From the human T2T-CHM13v2.0 reference genome, Homo sapiens: DNA of 64,000 nucleotides. Positions 1 through 16,530 of the stretch are shown piece by piece (within the stretch, counting starts at the first letter, position 1; each line of letters begins with the position of its first letter). The notes beneath the pieces are model-generated. The model ran no database searches. It worked only from the letters and a program-made list of their open reading frames with translations, and was not told the DNA's origin. A program made the translations under genes and the position numbers. The stretch lies in NCBI RefSeq assembly GCF_009914755.1, contig NC_060937.1; one strand, given 5' to 3'.

Positions 1-674
1 TTAGGTAACTTCTGACCTTTGAAGACGAGCACTAGGGAGAGCTGCTGTCTTACTAAGCCATCTTTCAGGGCCAAAGTTGTGCCATACCTGAGCCTAAGGA
101 AGATCAATCTGGCCCACAATCACATTTCTTCTTACACACCCATGTGTTTTCATCAGTAACAGGTTCTGTGGCATTGAATTTTTAAAATTTCTTCTCAAAC
201 TTGCTGGCCTTTGTAAATCAGAAGTCAGGACGTGCAGTTGAGAGCGGGTGATGTTCATTTTATGGTTCCCATTTGGAACCCTGGGTGTTTCCATTCAATC
301 TTTGTGAGCTAACACATGTGGTGCCTCCCTTCTTCCAGGAGACGTATGAGCCCTTGTTTACCTCAGTTTACCTTAGTTGCATCCAGAGGATGAGGCATAT
401 CTTTTAGAGATACACTCAGCATTCCCCTCAACAGAATATAGTACATGACCATCTCAAACATGCCCTCCACAGTCGGTGAAATCTCCCCTGTTGTTTTCTT
501 ATAATGCAACAAGAAAAAACAGTGACAGAAACTTAATTTTCATAAGATTGCTCTACACTCTTGTGGCTTTTAAATTATTTTCTCATACTCATCTACATGC
601 AATTCAGTCTTAACTATCTGAAAGACTTATGGATGTATTCCACTACAATAATTGGGCCTTTCCTTTTGTCATGA

Positions 675-899
<225 letters not shown>

Positions 900-1527
900 T
901 AAGCCCTTAAAATGACCAGTAGATATTTATCTTTAGTGAGATGCAGTTTTTAAAAATCTTTATAGAAGTAGATGATAAGACATTCCAACATTAATTGTTT
1001 TGATTGATTCATGCTGTGTTTTGTTTTACTGCTCTTTAAACTTTTTAGAACTTCCTGGTAAATATTTTGGCATTTAAATGTTAGACTTTTATCTATGGTC
1101 TTTTTAAAGCCTCTAATAATGATTACTACGTTTTTCAGTAAGTCTCCAAGACATCTGTGTGCTTTGCTAAATAATCCTGTTCATCAATTCATTCATTCAT
1201 CTCCTTCTTTTTTCTTTAGTTAAATTTAAACATGTTAAATTTAGTTTAACATGTTTTAAACATGCCAAATCTCACAACACACATCAGGTTATTTTGTGGA
1301 TTTAGACTACATGAGATGATTTTCTAATTTAACTATCTTATCTAAAGAGATGTTTTTGGCATTTGTTCATTTCTTACCAAGTATCCAAATGTAGACACCT
1401 ACTACAAACTTTATTAAGATAGTTACTGGATTCTACAGACCTGAGAGAAACACACAAGGAAATTTTTTGCTTTGAAATATTTCTCTTTAGTTAGGCAATG
1501 TTTAAATGACTTTTAAAAGATGTAATA

Positions 1528-1820
<293 letters not shown>

Positions 1821-2443
1821 CAGATGTAATGCATGAGAAATAATCATGAATAATTATTTCACTAAGGTACAAATTTTAAATACAAAGGTATTTACTTTTC
1901 ATTTGTATAATTCGTATACACATTCGTCTTCCAGTGTGGGACATCAACACTGTAGTTAATGAGAACAATAAAAATAATATAGCTAAAATATGTTTTTCTT
2001 CATTTTTAAATTTATAATATGAAGTTATTTTATTTTACTAAAAAAATTCACATATATATTTCAGAGGGCCATATGGAGTTATTAAAGTCCTAACCCCCAA
2101 TGAGAATTATTCTTTATTTACATAATCACTAATGATGGTGAATTTTCTTATGCTAACTAGAAACTTTAAAATTCAAATTGCTTTAATTTGAATTTTGTAT
2201 TTTCTTATTATTTTAACTCTTCTGGAAAATACTTCCAATTGAGTATTAGAATTCCTATACATTGAATTAAAATGATTATCTGGTGAACACTTACTAAGTG
2301 CAAGGCACTATGCTAAAAGCTGTGCAGATGAGATTGAATCAGACAGCCCTTTTGCTCAAGGAAGTCATTGACTCATAAGGTCTTCAGTAAAAAATATTAT
2401 AGAGGATGAATAAATCAGGATATCCTTTGATAGATTCAGTTGA

Positions 2444-2605
<162 letters not shown>

Positions 2606-3807
2606 TGAGTACAGTAAAGACTAAGTTATCAGTGAAAGATTAACCAGAAAACACAAGTAGAGAGTATTCTCATTTATTCTGTATTTTGTTTTCATCTTCT
2701 TAGGGTTCTAAAAAGTAGTAAAGATAGTTAAAAAAAAAACCTTCACAGTATTTGATTAACTATAAAAATAAGGTCATATCTGTGATTGATCTATTTTATT
2801 TATATCTCAAGTATCACTAGGTCAGTAAGTTAGAAAATGAGGACCATGACCCACTAGTCCATGTTTTTCAGAAATGGCATTTTGTTCCCAGGCACCATCA
2901 CAACTCATGTGACATAGTGACATCCCAAATTTACAGACATTCCATCTTTATACATCTCATGACAGTTCCTACTTCATTGTTTCTGTGTGATTGTATCACA
3001 GACTGCATCACAGAAAGCATTTTAAGAAAGCATGCGTAGCTTCAAATGTATTCAAATCAAGTATTCTTATTCAAAATCTGAAGATCTAGATTGACAATTA
3101 GAACTTGCATTTGCTGTTTTTGTTTAACTATGGCAGGAACTAGGATTAAGTTATAATTCTATATTTTAAGAAAGTTTAGACTGTGTTGTTGGGCTATGAA
3201 TTAAATTACATTTGATAGCTGTGGCATAATTTCCAAAAATATAATTAGGTAAATTTCTTCTGTCATCCATCATTTTCAACTGCAAATATAAGAATTAATC
3301 TGAAGATTGTTACCTATATAGAGAGATTCATATTGTGGTGTGCATTTTTTTTTGTGATAGTAACATGTGCTCGTGATTAAAGCAAAGGCAAAAATGCAGA
3401 ATTATTTAAAATATGTATTTGGTAGAATCTAAAGTTAAAATAAAAGCCTCCTCAGAGCCTCACATGAAATCTGCAGCCGTTTCTTGGATCAATGTGATTC
3501 CTTCCAGACCTTTCCTTATGTCAATACAAATGTATGTGTATACATACCTCCTTTTCCCCACAAAAGTGGGATAATACAATGCATATTATCCTGCAGCTCG
3601 CCAATTACTCGATTTAAATAGTATGAGATGATGTTGCTTTAGACTTTTCAACCGAAATAATAGCAGAATTTATATTGACCAAGATTAATAACGTTAAAAA
3701 TATTATCTACAGTTCTAGTTCTTACCTCACAAATTGCCAGATTATCAATAAACTTTCAACCTCATTTTTCCATACTTCTTGCATATATTAAAGCCATTTT
3801 CAATTTA

Positions 3808-4183
<376 letters not shown>

Positions 4184-6253
4184 TTAAAGGACAACCATAT
4201 TCATAATCAATAGGCATCATAAGATAGGTTCAGGACAAAAACAATATATTCAAAATCATAAAAAGGTACATGTTTAAATGTAAACATTTTATTTATGTTT
4301 TAATCAATGTTCAAACTTTTTCTAGGGTTCTTCTTTACTTTTTCCTATTCAAACATCTTAAGACCTCCAGATAGGGCTAGAAATATTTTTCGTGCTAGAA
4401 TTCAAGGCAGATTCCTAAATAACTCATTGCATCATTTCTTAAAAAAAAAAAATAAGGAAGAAGAGAAATGTTAGGGAATCATATAAGCATTTAGGAGAAG
4501 AGGGTGGAGGCCCACACAACACTAATGGAACAGTCATTGGAGTTGATATTTGAAGCTGGGCCACCACTTTCCCAGGCCCTACGCAGGGTAAGAACTTGAA
4601 CATTGAACATTCTGTGTTGCTCAGTCTTTATTCCATATCCCTTTTGTGGTTCATGCTAGTACAAAAAAAGAAAGAAAGGAAGAAAGAAAATAACAAGTAA
4701 AGAATAATAAATAATAATTTTAACATCTGTTAATATATTTTCTTAATTATATAATTTTGGGGATTTATATGCTTCCCATAAAAGGCCAGACAGCAAAGAC
4801 TGCAGTAGTAAGAGGAAATCATGCAGCAATTAGTTTCTAATCTAGGCTTGTTTTATCATCTTGGAAGTCTGGCAGAGTTCGCCCTTACACTTCAGGCCAG
4901 GCAAGGTCATCCATTTTCCGACAGATATAAAAATAATCCCAGCTGTTAAAGACATCTGGTGAGCAAACTAGTAGAACTGTTTAAACTACTCACTGTGTTA
5001 CAAATGAACAATTAGAAGAGATCTCTAGGCTCTAACACTGTACAGCTATTGAGGATATCTGAAAACATTTCTTTCCTTGGCTGATTGGAAAGCCCTGTGC
5101 AACTGCTTCCTCTTCTCCAGGGTCCTCAACAGCTCGTGCAAAAGCTCTATGGATGACAAAAGTCATAAGATTATTAAGAAAATAATCTTATGACTGCCCA
5201 CAAAAGCAGATTATTTTGGAAGACAACATATTATGTGTTTTATTTTTCATATAAACAATTTTTTATTAATTCTTAACAAACTTGTAAAAGCACAATAAAA
5301 GGTAATGTCACAGAGCAAAATTGCTGCTTGATTATGATCTTTAGATTACACAGAGGATTGATTCTGCTAGTTGCATTTCTATTCTGACTACAGTTACTGT
5401 TCCAAAAAGGAATTATTTTTATGCTATTTTGCATTTTCATTATTGTGCTTGTGTCCTTGGATCACATTAATTTGGTACTGATTCTATATTTATGCTCAGA
5501 AGACTAAGTCATCAGACTTTAGATATGCTGTTATATATTATCACTTGGGTCATTTGAAAGATTTTGGTGGGTAGTTTATTCCATAAAGGTTACAGATAAA
5601 ATAAGTGGTTAAAAATCTAACAGTTACCTATTAAAACAACTAAAAATTGAAATAACACAAAATATATATTTCTCCTTCACATTTTCCAACAGAATGCAGA
5701 AGGCATTAATTATCATTAAACATTCATATTCTCAAGAAATTAATTAAAAATAGAGAAGGAAATCTCCATAGAGGTGAGGCCCATCAGTATCACTTTAAAA
5801 GTCAGAAATGGGTGCACAACTATATACATTTCAGAATTTTACTTATTTTGAAAGATTTATTTTGGAAGCACTTAAATTTTTAAAAACAGGACAAAGGGCT
5901 CTAGGGGAGAAGCATAACTCATCAGGGAGAGAAGCTGCTAGATATCACAATTACAAAAGGCACCATTCCATATATATATACTCCATTTTTAAATGCTGAA
6001 TGAAATACATTTTTAAATGCTGAATGAAATACATTTCTTCATGTGGATGTACTTAGCCATTTCTGTGATTCTGGTATTTTAAATGCAACTGGACTAGACC
6101 CAACTAAAGGGCAAATTCAAGGCAAAATACTATTGATATCAGCATTTTTCTTTTCAGATATATACCTCTGTCTTACACTTAAATTACTTAAAGTTTTATT
6201 AGAACTGGTCAAGCTACAAAGGGCATAAACATTTGAGAGTAATATGGAGCTAA

Positions 6254-6478
<225 letters not shown>

Positions 6479-6559
6479 TAGGTGAGAATATTATTTGGCC
6501 AAAATTAATTTCGATCCTTTGTTGTGACTCCTGAAAAAAAAATAGAATGGTAGTTTACA

Positions 6560-7460
6560 ATTAACAAATATTTACCAAATGAGGTACTGGGTATGGGCAG
6601 GAAAAAACAAATTTTTAAAAATTATTTTTCCCATATTCAAGGGGTTTAAAATCCAACTTAGAAGCAAATACGTAAGCACGTAAGGTCGCTAACAACCCAA
6701 AGCCTGTGTTGTGCAAACTAATGGCACAAAAATATACAATACATGATTCGTGGGTAAGAGATTACTATGGACTGGGGAAGGCAACAAATAACTCCTGAGA
6801 GAAGGTGGAACTTGAACTTCCTCTCGAAGGGAAGGTAGAGTTCAGAAAGGTAAAGGCAGAGACATGAGCAAAGGCACAGAGGTAGAACCAGGAAATGAGA
6901 TGGGTCTGGCCAAAAAAGAGTCTGATTCGGAGTCTGATACCCAATCTGAGGCCCACAGACCCCCATGGGGACAAGAATGCAGGTCGTGGATATCCTTAAC
7001 TAGTTTTAGTATAGTGCTTCAGAAAGCTGCCCCAAATCATATTTATCACTTTCCCAATGCACAATCCAATGAGAACCTAAAATTTATTTTCTTTGAGTGA
7101 AATTATCTTATTATAATTTAGTAAGCTTAGTTATCTCATGTTGATCTGGAGCTCCAGTTGACAGTTATGCATGTTTTTAATTTAAAAATCAAAAGTGACA
7201 TAACCTAACTGCAATTTGGAAAGCAAAATTATTAGACACGTGGGATGTGTGGAATGAGGAAGAACAAAAGTCATTGGTTTGGAGGGAAAAAAGAGAAAAT
7301 AGTTTACAAACCCAATGATGAAAGGAAATTGAAATAAGACTGAAGAGGTAGATTTTCAGCTAATCTTAAGTACTTGTTGAGGCATTTGGACTGATGAAAT
7401 TTTAAGCTGGCGAATAAGATGACAAAAAATGTCAATTTAGGCTCTATAATCTGATTATGG
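6560..7460 (-). mobile_element. Degraded L2 LINE relic
   Basis: caaatatttacc...gtactggg start followed by purine-rich degenerate sequence typical of antisense L2; boundaries approximate. Confidence 0.4.
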
Positions 7461-10400
7461 TATAATTTTTAAAAAGCCTGGAGAAGGATAACAAATAGTC
7501 ATGCTGACTGAATGAATGATGCATTACACATAGCCTGGTTTACTCACATCCTCTCACCTTCTGAGAGCACCTTTCCCATCAATATTCAAATAAATAACCC
7601 AAACTTCCACCCCACATGGCTGCACATAATCTGGTGGCCTCCTGAGGCTCTGAGTGTCCCTGTGGAGCCCCGCACCTCCTGGTTATTGTGGTCATGGTCC
7701 TCTCTTACGTGGGCAGCCAGCTTGGGTCCCTCTGTTGATTACCTCTTGCTATCTAGTAATAGCTTTTAGAAACTACTGCCCTTTCCCATTCTTTAATTTG
7801 CATTTGGACACAGCCACTCCCTTCCTCCTTCCTGACACCACTAGCACAAGAACAGTGCTGAATGTGAAGGTTTCCTGAAGGTCTGTTACCTTCAAAACCA
7901 TGATTTCAAGCCGTTGTGCTCTCTAACCACAGCCTTCCACCTTCTGGCTGCCAATGTCACCCAGCCCTGTAGTCTCTTTCTGCTGTCATCAGCAGCCTTC
8001 CAGCCGTGGATCCTTCTTCCTTCCAGTCCACACTTAGGGTGTAACTTTTGAGACCTAGCAACCACAATATGAGTGAAGAGTACATTCCCTGGAAGCAGGA
8101 AAGCAGAGAGAAATGGGAAAAAATAATCCTGGATCAAAAAGGGCTTTCCACTTCAGGGCAAGGGGAAGACCTGTGGAGGAACAAAGAGTGGGTTTCCAAA
8201 GAATAATGAACACGATGATTTAGGGGCTGGGGGAAGCTGAGGGAAAGAGAGACTAAGACTGTAAGGGTCATCCATGCTAATATTGAGTCACCCGGGATGA
8301 GGGCAGAGACTGAGAATAAAGAAAAGCTGTGAGACAAGGGCTAGAGCTACTGAAAACATAAAGGAGAGCCTGTCAGTTTGCTGTGGACAGCATTGGAGAG
8401 GGTGGCATGACCAGGAGACGTGTATTTCCCCAGAGCACAGGTGGCTGAGCGAAAAGCCCCTCTCCAAGGCCTCATGACTGTCTGGACAAAGACGGCCACC
8501 ATCTAACAGACATGGAGGAAGCAGGACACGAGAATGGGAAGAAAACAATCCTCTAAAAGCCTGAACTTCATTTCCTTCATTCCTTTGCCATTTTACTACC
8601 TGCATGATCCGGACAAATTATTTAACCCTCAAGCCTATCCTTTTCCCTTGGTAAAATTTTGGTGAAATTGGAATGAGACTGCCTACCTCAGGACTGTTGC
8701 GAGGGCTAGATGACAAGACATGTGGTTAGAGAGAGGAGGCGTCTGCAGGGAAAAAGTTTTCAGTTAAATTGAAGTAGAAGGAAAGTTCACTTTATTCAAT
8801 AGAAGTCTAATTGGTGATTATATACACTGAGGCCTTTGAAGTACCAAGTTTTTTGAATGGCATGCAGTGTTCTCTTTCTGGTAAAGTCTCTAATGCTATT
8901 TTGCTATAAGTCTGAGTGGGAGGCTCCTACCTCTGGAATCACCTTGACAGCCCAATCCAGTGACGCCCAAACCCCCAGACCATGGTGCCAGGCGTGTTGG
9001 GAGGGAATTCTGTCAGATGTGGTTGGAATGCTAGTGCTATTTATAGTGCGTCCTGTTTATTATAAGTTACATTCTTACCAAGCCCAAAGCAATGGATGCT
9101 GTTTTTTGTTTTTTCTTTTTTCTTTTTTTTCTGAGGGAACAGAACAAATAAATATTCCTGAGAGTCTAAGTCTTAGGGAGAAATCAAGGAAATGACTGGA
9201 CTTATATGGGAAACCCATGAAGGGACCTTTTTAATAAGCTTCAAAAGAAGCCAGAGGCTGTTCTCCTCAGGGGGAAGGATAACTAGAGTAAGCGACCTGC
9301 ACATAGAGTCCTATTAACCTGTGAGAAAATGACCCTCTTCAGATCTCCTTGAGAGGGTCAGAGGACAAAAGTGAAGTAATTCAATAGCAATAAATGTGGG
9401 TTTCAAGTGCCACACAAGAAGTCTTCAGTTACTTTATACCCCCACAGTCCAGTTGCCTTCGGATTCAATTGACCTGAGATAATATATGGTCTAGTCAGAG
9501 AGGAGTGAGACCTGTTATTTCTGACACTTCACAGTCTCATCCGTGGTACACTTTTTATTTAAAACCTTGTTTTTTTTCATAATTGGTAAAATAAGGGCAG
9601 TGTTCATGCAGGTTGTCCATCCCTCCCAGCTCAGTTCCCTGTAAGGAGTTTCAACTGTGTGTCCCACACAGCTGCTCCCAGGCCCTTCCTGCACTTTGAG
9701 TAATGGCTGAATACCACAGACACTTACACCTCAGACACATATTAGTATGTTGCACATGACAACAGTGTATACAACGAAGCTGGAAAACTGCCTTCTTCAA
9801 GCTACTAGATTTTTGACTTTACATGTATTGCTCAGCCAGCTCATAATATGGCCAAGTGTGAGAACCTTTCCATGTGGCTCCATGGAAGCTTCACAGGCCC
9901 TCCTGACATTGTGGTGAGATCCATGGGGGTGCTTCCTTCCCATTCTCTGCAGAGCCTGGCCTGCTCAGCTGTCTGGATCCCTGAGGATTCTCCAGATAGA
10001 AAGGGCAGCTGTCTCCCCTTGGCAGCCGCCATCTTTTTCTCTCGTTCTCCTCTCCTAGATAGTTCCTGCTCTGTCATTTGACCACAAGAGGGAGCTTTCA
10101 CTAGGAGTCCACAGGCTCCTTTCCTTGTCACTTCCTGCAGTGCTTTGCATGCACCAAGGGCTTGCTGTTGAGTATTCACCCTCCTCTTTCAAAGCTCTCA
10201 GCAAATGTTAGTTTATTATTTTTAGATATCTTCACATTCAAAGAACATACACCGTGCTATACAATGCATTTCATATACATTATGTTAGGTAAGCTGGGCA
10301 CATGTTCATTCTTATTTTTAGATAAGGACATTGAATTTCAGAAGGGTAAATCTGATTGCCCAAATTTATAGAATTTTCCAAATGTCATTGGTTTTATGCA

Positions 10401-12426
10401 AAATAATAAACACGTTTTATGTGGTGTTTCCTTATTATTTGTAGAAACTTCTAAGATAATGCATACACAGATTCCACAGTCTTCTAGGGTATCTAAAAAT
10501 CATTAAACATTTATTCTGCTTTCCCTTTTCCACATATGCCTGTGTTGTGGAAAGTGGTTAGTTGTTTGGAGTAGCTGAAAGAGAACTTGTCTCAATTGTA
10601 TATATTGCCTCAATAATTCACTTAGTCATATTTCTGTATTTTAATTGAGATATAGTTCGAACCACTGTAGATAGATGGGGGTTCATTCTTTAATAGCCTC
10701 CAAGGAGAAATTTCCACCCCTTCTGGTGAACTACCCTGGTGGTGAACAGTCCACCTCTCTCAAGCTCCTTCTTTTGGAAATCCTTGTCTGCTGGGCTTCA
10801 CTTTCAGTGTTTCTTCCTCCACGGCCCTTGTTGACATTGTGGGGCACTTCTTTCTAATAAGCTTTTGCTTATCTTGCCTAGTTCAAAGGAGGATGTTTCT
10901 CCTAATTTATCTTTTCTTCTGGATATGGTTTGTGAATTTGAAATCACCCCTTTTCTTTCATGTATCTCTGTACAAGAACATTATTAAAAGCTACTAAGCT
11001 GATTCCATCAGAATCTGAAGCTTACCTTACACAAGTGTTTTCCATTAAAAGTCATATTTCTGATCTGACCAACAAAGAAGGCAGCTTTGTCCAAGTTCTA
11101 TTTCCTCATTTTATGACATGTCCTGACTTGTTCAGTAGCACCCTTGTCTGAGCAGCACGTGCCCTTGTGATCACACCACTCACTTGTTCTCCATCACCGC
11201 AGACAGGGCCCAGGACCATTGGCAGTGGCACACGTGGCCTGTGCAGAATACAGCTATGCATTCGCTTTCTGACGTGAGCAGTGAGAATCATGCCAGGCCT
11301 GCTTAGTGCTCCTGATCCCAGCTGCCTGGGAGGGGCAGCTGCAACTGGTATTGGCAACACTGGTTTCTTTTATTTTAGGCTTCTGAGAGCCAAATCAGCT
11401 TTTCAGAAATTTAGCCTTAGTTCCCCAAGCTAGCCAGACATCTTCTCAAGTTGCTTTCTCTTAAAGTCTTTCTGTTCCCTCTTAATTGTTGCCACCAAAC
11501 TCTCTCAAAGGACAGTTTTTAAAATTATAACTGCGTCTGTTTAATTTGCAGCTGAGACCTGTTCTTTCTTTCCTGGTCTAGTTTCTCTATGAAGATGGCC
11601 CAGCTGGGGGAACTGCTGTCCCCCACCCTCATCCTTGCTAGAGAAGGAGATCTAATAGGATTTGTAAATCTGTAGGCCAGCTCTACGCTACTTTCCTGAG
11701 TAGTCAGAATGGCTGGACATCTTTCTCATTTAACTCCAAGGCTTCCTTTCCCTTTTAGATAGCTATTTTTTTCCCGCTTTATAATGTAAAATCCCATGTG
11801 TTTCACAAGATCTTGATTATCTGGTCAAAATCTAACAAAAGTAAAAATGAGGAAGAACTGAGTGGAAGAGATGGCAACTGTATCTGACAGGCAGCCCTCT
11901 GCTTATATGCTTCGAGGGACAGACACAGGGAGGGAGCTTTGTCCTCTTCACAGCTTCTTCCCCTTACCCCTCACCTACTACCCACAGACTCGTCTTGATA
12001 GGTGATTTCCATTCAGTCTCAGTTCTGTGGCAGCTGGGCCTTTTTCTTCTACAAACATTCCACTTTTATAACCAGCTGAGCCTTCTATCCCAGAAGCCCT
12101 TTCCCCTCCCTGGTCTTCTTCCTCCAGGAATATTTTTGAGCCTTTCAGTGGTAGAGCATGTAAACACTGTCATTTTAAGAGACATGGCCACCAAGAATAG
12201 CAAGGACTACACTGCCCTGGGGCTCCAAGAGTCCTGAAAATGATCCTGCATTGTGGGTTTGAAGTTAAAACAGATTCTAGATTGCAAATTGTGCGTGAGA
12301 GCAAAGTTAGATGACGAGTAGAATCAATCTCATTTGGAAAGCTGAAAGTATTGGCCCTTACTTAAAGGCTTCATGAAAATAGACCATGACATGGCTTTCG
12401 TCCTTGGTGCTTGTCTGGTTTCATGA

Positions 12427-12872
12427 TTATATTGGTTTGCTAGGGCTGCTGTAACAAAGTGTCACAAAATGAGTGGCCTAAACACCAAAAATTTATTCTC
12501 TCACACTTCTGGAGGCTAGAGGTCCAAGATCAAGGTGTCAGCAGGGTTGTGTCCTGCTCAAGACTATGAGAGAGAATCTGCTCCAAGCCTCTCACATGGC
12601 TTCTGGTAGTTTGCTGGCACTCTGGCATCCCTTGGCTTGTAGAAGCATCACCCTGATGTCTGCCTTTATCTTCATATGGCATTATCCACGTGTGTTGTCT
12701 GTCTACAAAAGTGCCCTTCTTATAAGGACACCAGTCATATTGGATTAGGGGCCCACAACCTCTCCTTAATTTAGCTAATTACATCTGCAATGACCTCATT
12801 TCCAAATAAGGTCACATTCTGAGGTACTGGGAGTTAGGACTTAAACATATGAATTTTGTGGGAGACACAAAA
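12427..12872 (-). mobile_element. MaLR LTR (MLT1C/D-like)
   Basis: ttgctagggctgctgtaacaaa...atttattctctcacacttctggaggctaga...ggtcacattctgaggtactggg motifs. Confidence 0.8.
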
Positions 12873-13225
12873 TTATGAACACTGTCATTACTATCAGTTA
12901 ACATTTATGTAGTGTCTGCAATTCCTGGTTACTAAACTATTACCTGTCCTAAAAACGGTGGCTTGTTATCTGTGGAAGCTTATTTTCTAAGACCTTCAGG
13001 TCCATAGACAGGTATAAATATAGTAAATTAGAATAATAAACATAAGATGGGGAAATGACTTCAAGTGCTTTTCATAAACTAGTGTTTTCAAACCATGGAC
13101 TGCAGAGATGACTCAGCTGCTTGGCGAGTGAAGGAGTGTTTTCTCCCCAGATGGGTGGGCTTCAGGCCTTTTACCCCAGCTTTAACCAGAGTGGCTCAGG
13201 CTTTATGTATCTATATATTGCAGTT

Positions 13226-13719
13226 TGTATTAGAGTTCTCCAGAGAGAAACAGAAACAATAAGATGTATATAGAGAGAAAGAGATTTATTGTAAGGAATT
13301 GGCTCATGTAGTTATGGAGACTGGCAGGTCCAAAACCTTCATGGGGGGCCAGCAAGCTGGAGATGCAGGAGAGCCAGTGCTGCCATTCTTGTCTGAAGGC
13401 CGGCATGCTAGAGATTCAGAAGAGCCAAGTTTCCAGTTTGAATCCAAACACAGTCTGCTGTAGAACCAGGAAGAACCAGTGTTGCAGATGAAGTCTAAAG
13501 GCTGTTGAATTCTCTCTTGCTCAGGGGAGTCCAATCTTTTGTTCTAGTCAGTCCTGCAGCTGGTCAAATGAGGCCCACCCACATGAGGGAGGGAAAACTG
13601 CTTTCCTCAAAGTCCACTGATTTAAATGTTAATCTCATCCACAAACATCCAGAATAATGTCAGTCAAATATCTGGGCACTGAGGCCCAGCCAAGTTGACA
13701 CATAAAATTCACCACCACA
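13226..13719 (-). mobile_element. ERVL LTR (MLT2-like)
   Basis: Begins tgtattagagttctccagagagaaacag and ends ggcccagccaagttgacacataaaattcaccaccaca. Confidence 0.8.
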
Positions 13720-14579
13720 GAGCTCTATATAAACTTTTGTTGGAAAAAAAGATAGATATGCTGCTGAATGAAATATAAAGAAAGTTTGAAAACTTCTGTT
13801 TTAGACAATTCTAGATTGGAAGCCCAGGTTAAAGCCTTCTCATTCTTCTTTCAGCAACTACTGAAGAACTGTAGATTTAATTGTATAAGACGTCCCTGAA
13901 AAATTAGCTTAGATCTTCCTTCTCAGTGTCTGTGTAGAACTTTACATGCTTTTGAGACAGTAAATATATTCCCTGGCTCAGTGTAAATCTGTGAACTAAA
14001 GAGCTTTTTACCTGATTTATATTGTCAAACTGGACCAATTGGTGTACTTTATGCTTTATAAAATAAGACAAGAGTTTGCTTATCTTATCAAACTTTTGAA
14101 ATACTATCTGAGAGTGATAACTGGGGTGACTTGTGTCAGGCTTGTTTTGTGAGAAGTATTTTGGATTAAAGATTAGAAGTCCTAAATTGAATTCCTGGCT
14201 CTTCCCTTTGTTAACTTTGAGCAAATTCCTTAACCACTCTGGGCGACAATGTTGTCTTGTATTTGTTGGTGATAATATCTGTCCTGGGTATGGGAGCCCC
14301 CATTGACTCTGCCATGTTCCGCCACTGAACACCTCCAGGCTACTGAGTTCTAAATATCTTTGGCCTCTGTCTGCCCTTGCCCCACCACACTTCTATGCTT
14401 TGGGTCAGGCCCTCACCACTTGTTGCTTAAGTCATTGCAGTGACCTCTTAGATGGTCTGTGCCTTGTTTCTTCTCCAAGACATTCTCCCTATTCCTGCCT
14501 GACTCTCTTTTCTCAAGCGTGAATCTAATCATGTTTCTTTCCCTATAACTTTCAGGATACAATTCATTTTCTTCTAATA

Positions 14580-14810
14580 ATAGCTAACGTTACTGAGTGC
14601 TTACTCTGTGCTCTGTGAAGTGCTAAATATTGCACATGGATCATTCAGTGACCCTCACGACAGGTTTATGGAATGCAGTTACAGTTAGTATCCCCATTTT
14701 ACCAATCTGAGGCTTAGAGATTAAGTGACTAGCCTGAAGTCACGTAGCTAATAAGTGACAGAGGCAAGACCCTGATCCAGGCATTCTGACTCCAGAGTAC
14801 ACACTCTGAA
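14580..14810 (-). mobile_element. MIR
   Basis: tccccattttacc...tgaggcttagagattaagtgact...ctgactccagag MIR core. Confidence 0.7.
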
Positions 14811-15146
14811 TCCCTTCCCTGCTGTGTTGTCTCCCTGAGTGGCCCAAAGACCCTTCAGTTGAGCTGCCTCTGCTTCCTCTCCAGCACTGTCTCACACCTC
14901 ACTCTTGCAGGCACCTCACCCAATAGACACAGCCACACCGAACTCCATATCCTAAGTGCTGTACATAGGGCATGTGATGACTGAATCTTAGGAGGGTCTC
15001 TCTTAAAAGCCTTTGCTTATTAAATAAATGAATGAATATGTAAAGCAGTATGTTAGCAGTAATCCATCCTACCAATGTCAAGATTTAATATTATTGTGTT
15101 GTTCTAGATTAAACCACAGATACACTAGAATTCTGTTAACTTACTC

Positions 15147-15366
15147 AAAATGTCTCAACCTTGGCACTATTGACATTTTGGGCCAGAAAATTCTTTGTCA
15201 CAGGGACCTGTCCTGTAGGGTGTCTTAGGATTCTGGGGTGTTGAGCAGCATCCCTAGCTTCTACCCACTAGAGAAATGCCTGTACCACACCCCAAGGTGC
15301 ACAGCCAGAAATGTGTCCAGACATTGCCAGATATCCCAAGGAGCAAAACCGATTTAGGACCACAGG
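15147..15366 (-). mobile_element. MER20 (hAT-Charlie MITE)
   Basis: tctcaaccttggcactattgacattttgggcc...cagcatccctagcttctacccactag...ccagacattgcc. Confidence 0.8.
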
Positions 15367-15504
15367 CCTGACTCTGATTGTTCATTTATACTGAGCTTCT
15401 GGATGAGTCCTTTAGCTTCTCCAGTACTCAGGTTCCTCATCCTTAAGAATAGGATTCGATACTAATTTATTATTCTGTAGCCAGTGATGTATTAAAAAGT
15501 GTTC

Positions 15505-16067
<563 letters not shown>

Positions 16068-16161
16068 TAGAAGTTTTTTAAAGGTATTTATGTAAGTCAT
16101 TTACTAAGCAAAAAATAAGGGAGACCCATTTTCAGACTCAAGTAGAAGAGATATACATTAA

Positions 16162-16518
<357 letters not shown>

Positions 16519-16530
16519 TGAATTTATATT

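Noticed and set aside
94-294. 66-aa minus-strand ORF, or an additional upstream FRY exon in 1-660
   Set aside because: No recognisable protein similarity and no splice-flanked segment that continues the FRY reading frame
1228-1256. 12-bp-stem hairpin aaacatgttaaa / tttaacatgttt
   Set aside because: Short and AT-rich; plausible by chance or slippage
13081-13800. Possible hAT element (gttttcaaac...gtttgaaaac) surrounding the MLT2 LTR
   Set aside because: Termini are too short and degenerate to name without a Dfam search
13904-14332. Longest ORF in the track (142 aa, minus strand)
   Set aside because: Non-ATG start, partly MIR-like sequence, no recognisable domain; length is within chance for 64 kb in six frames
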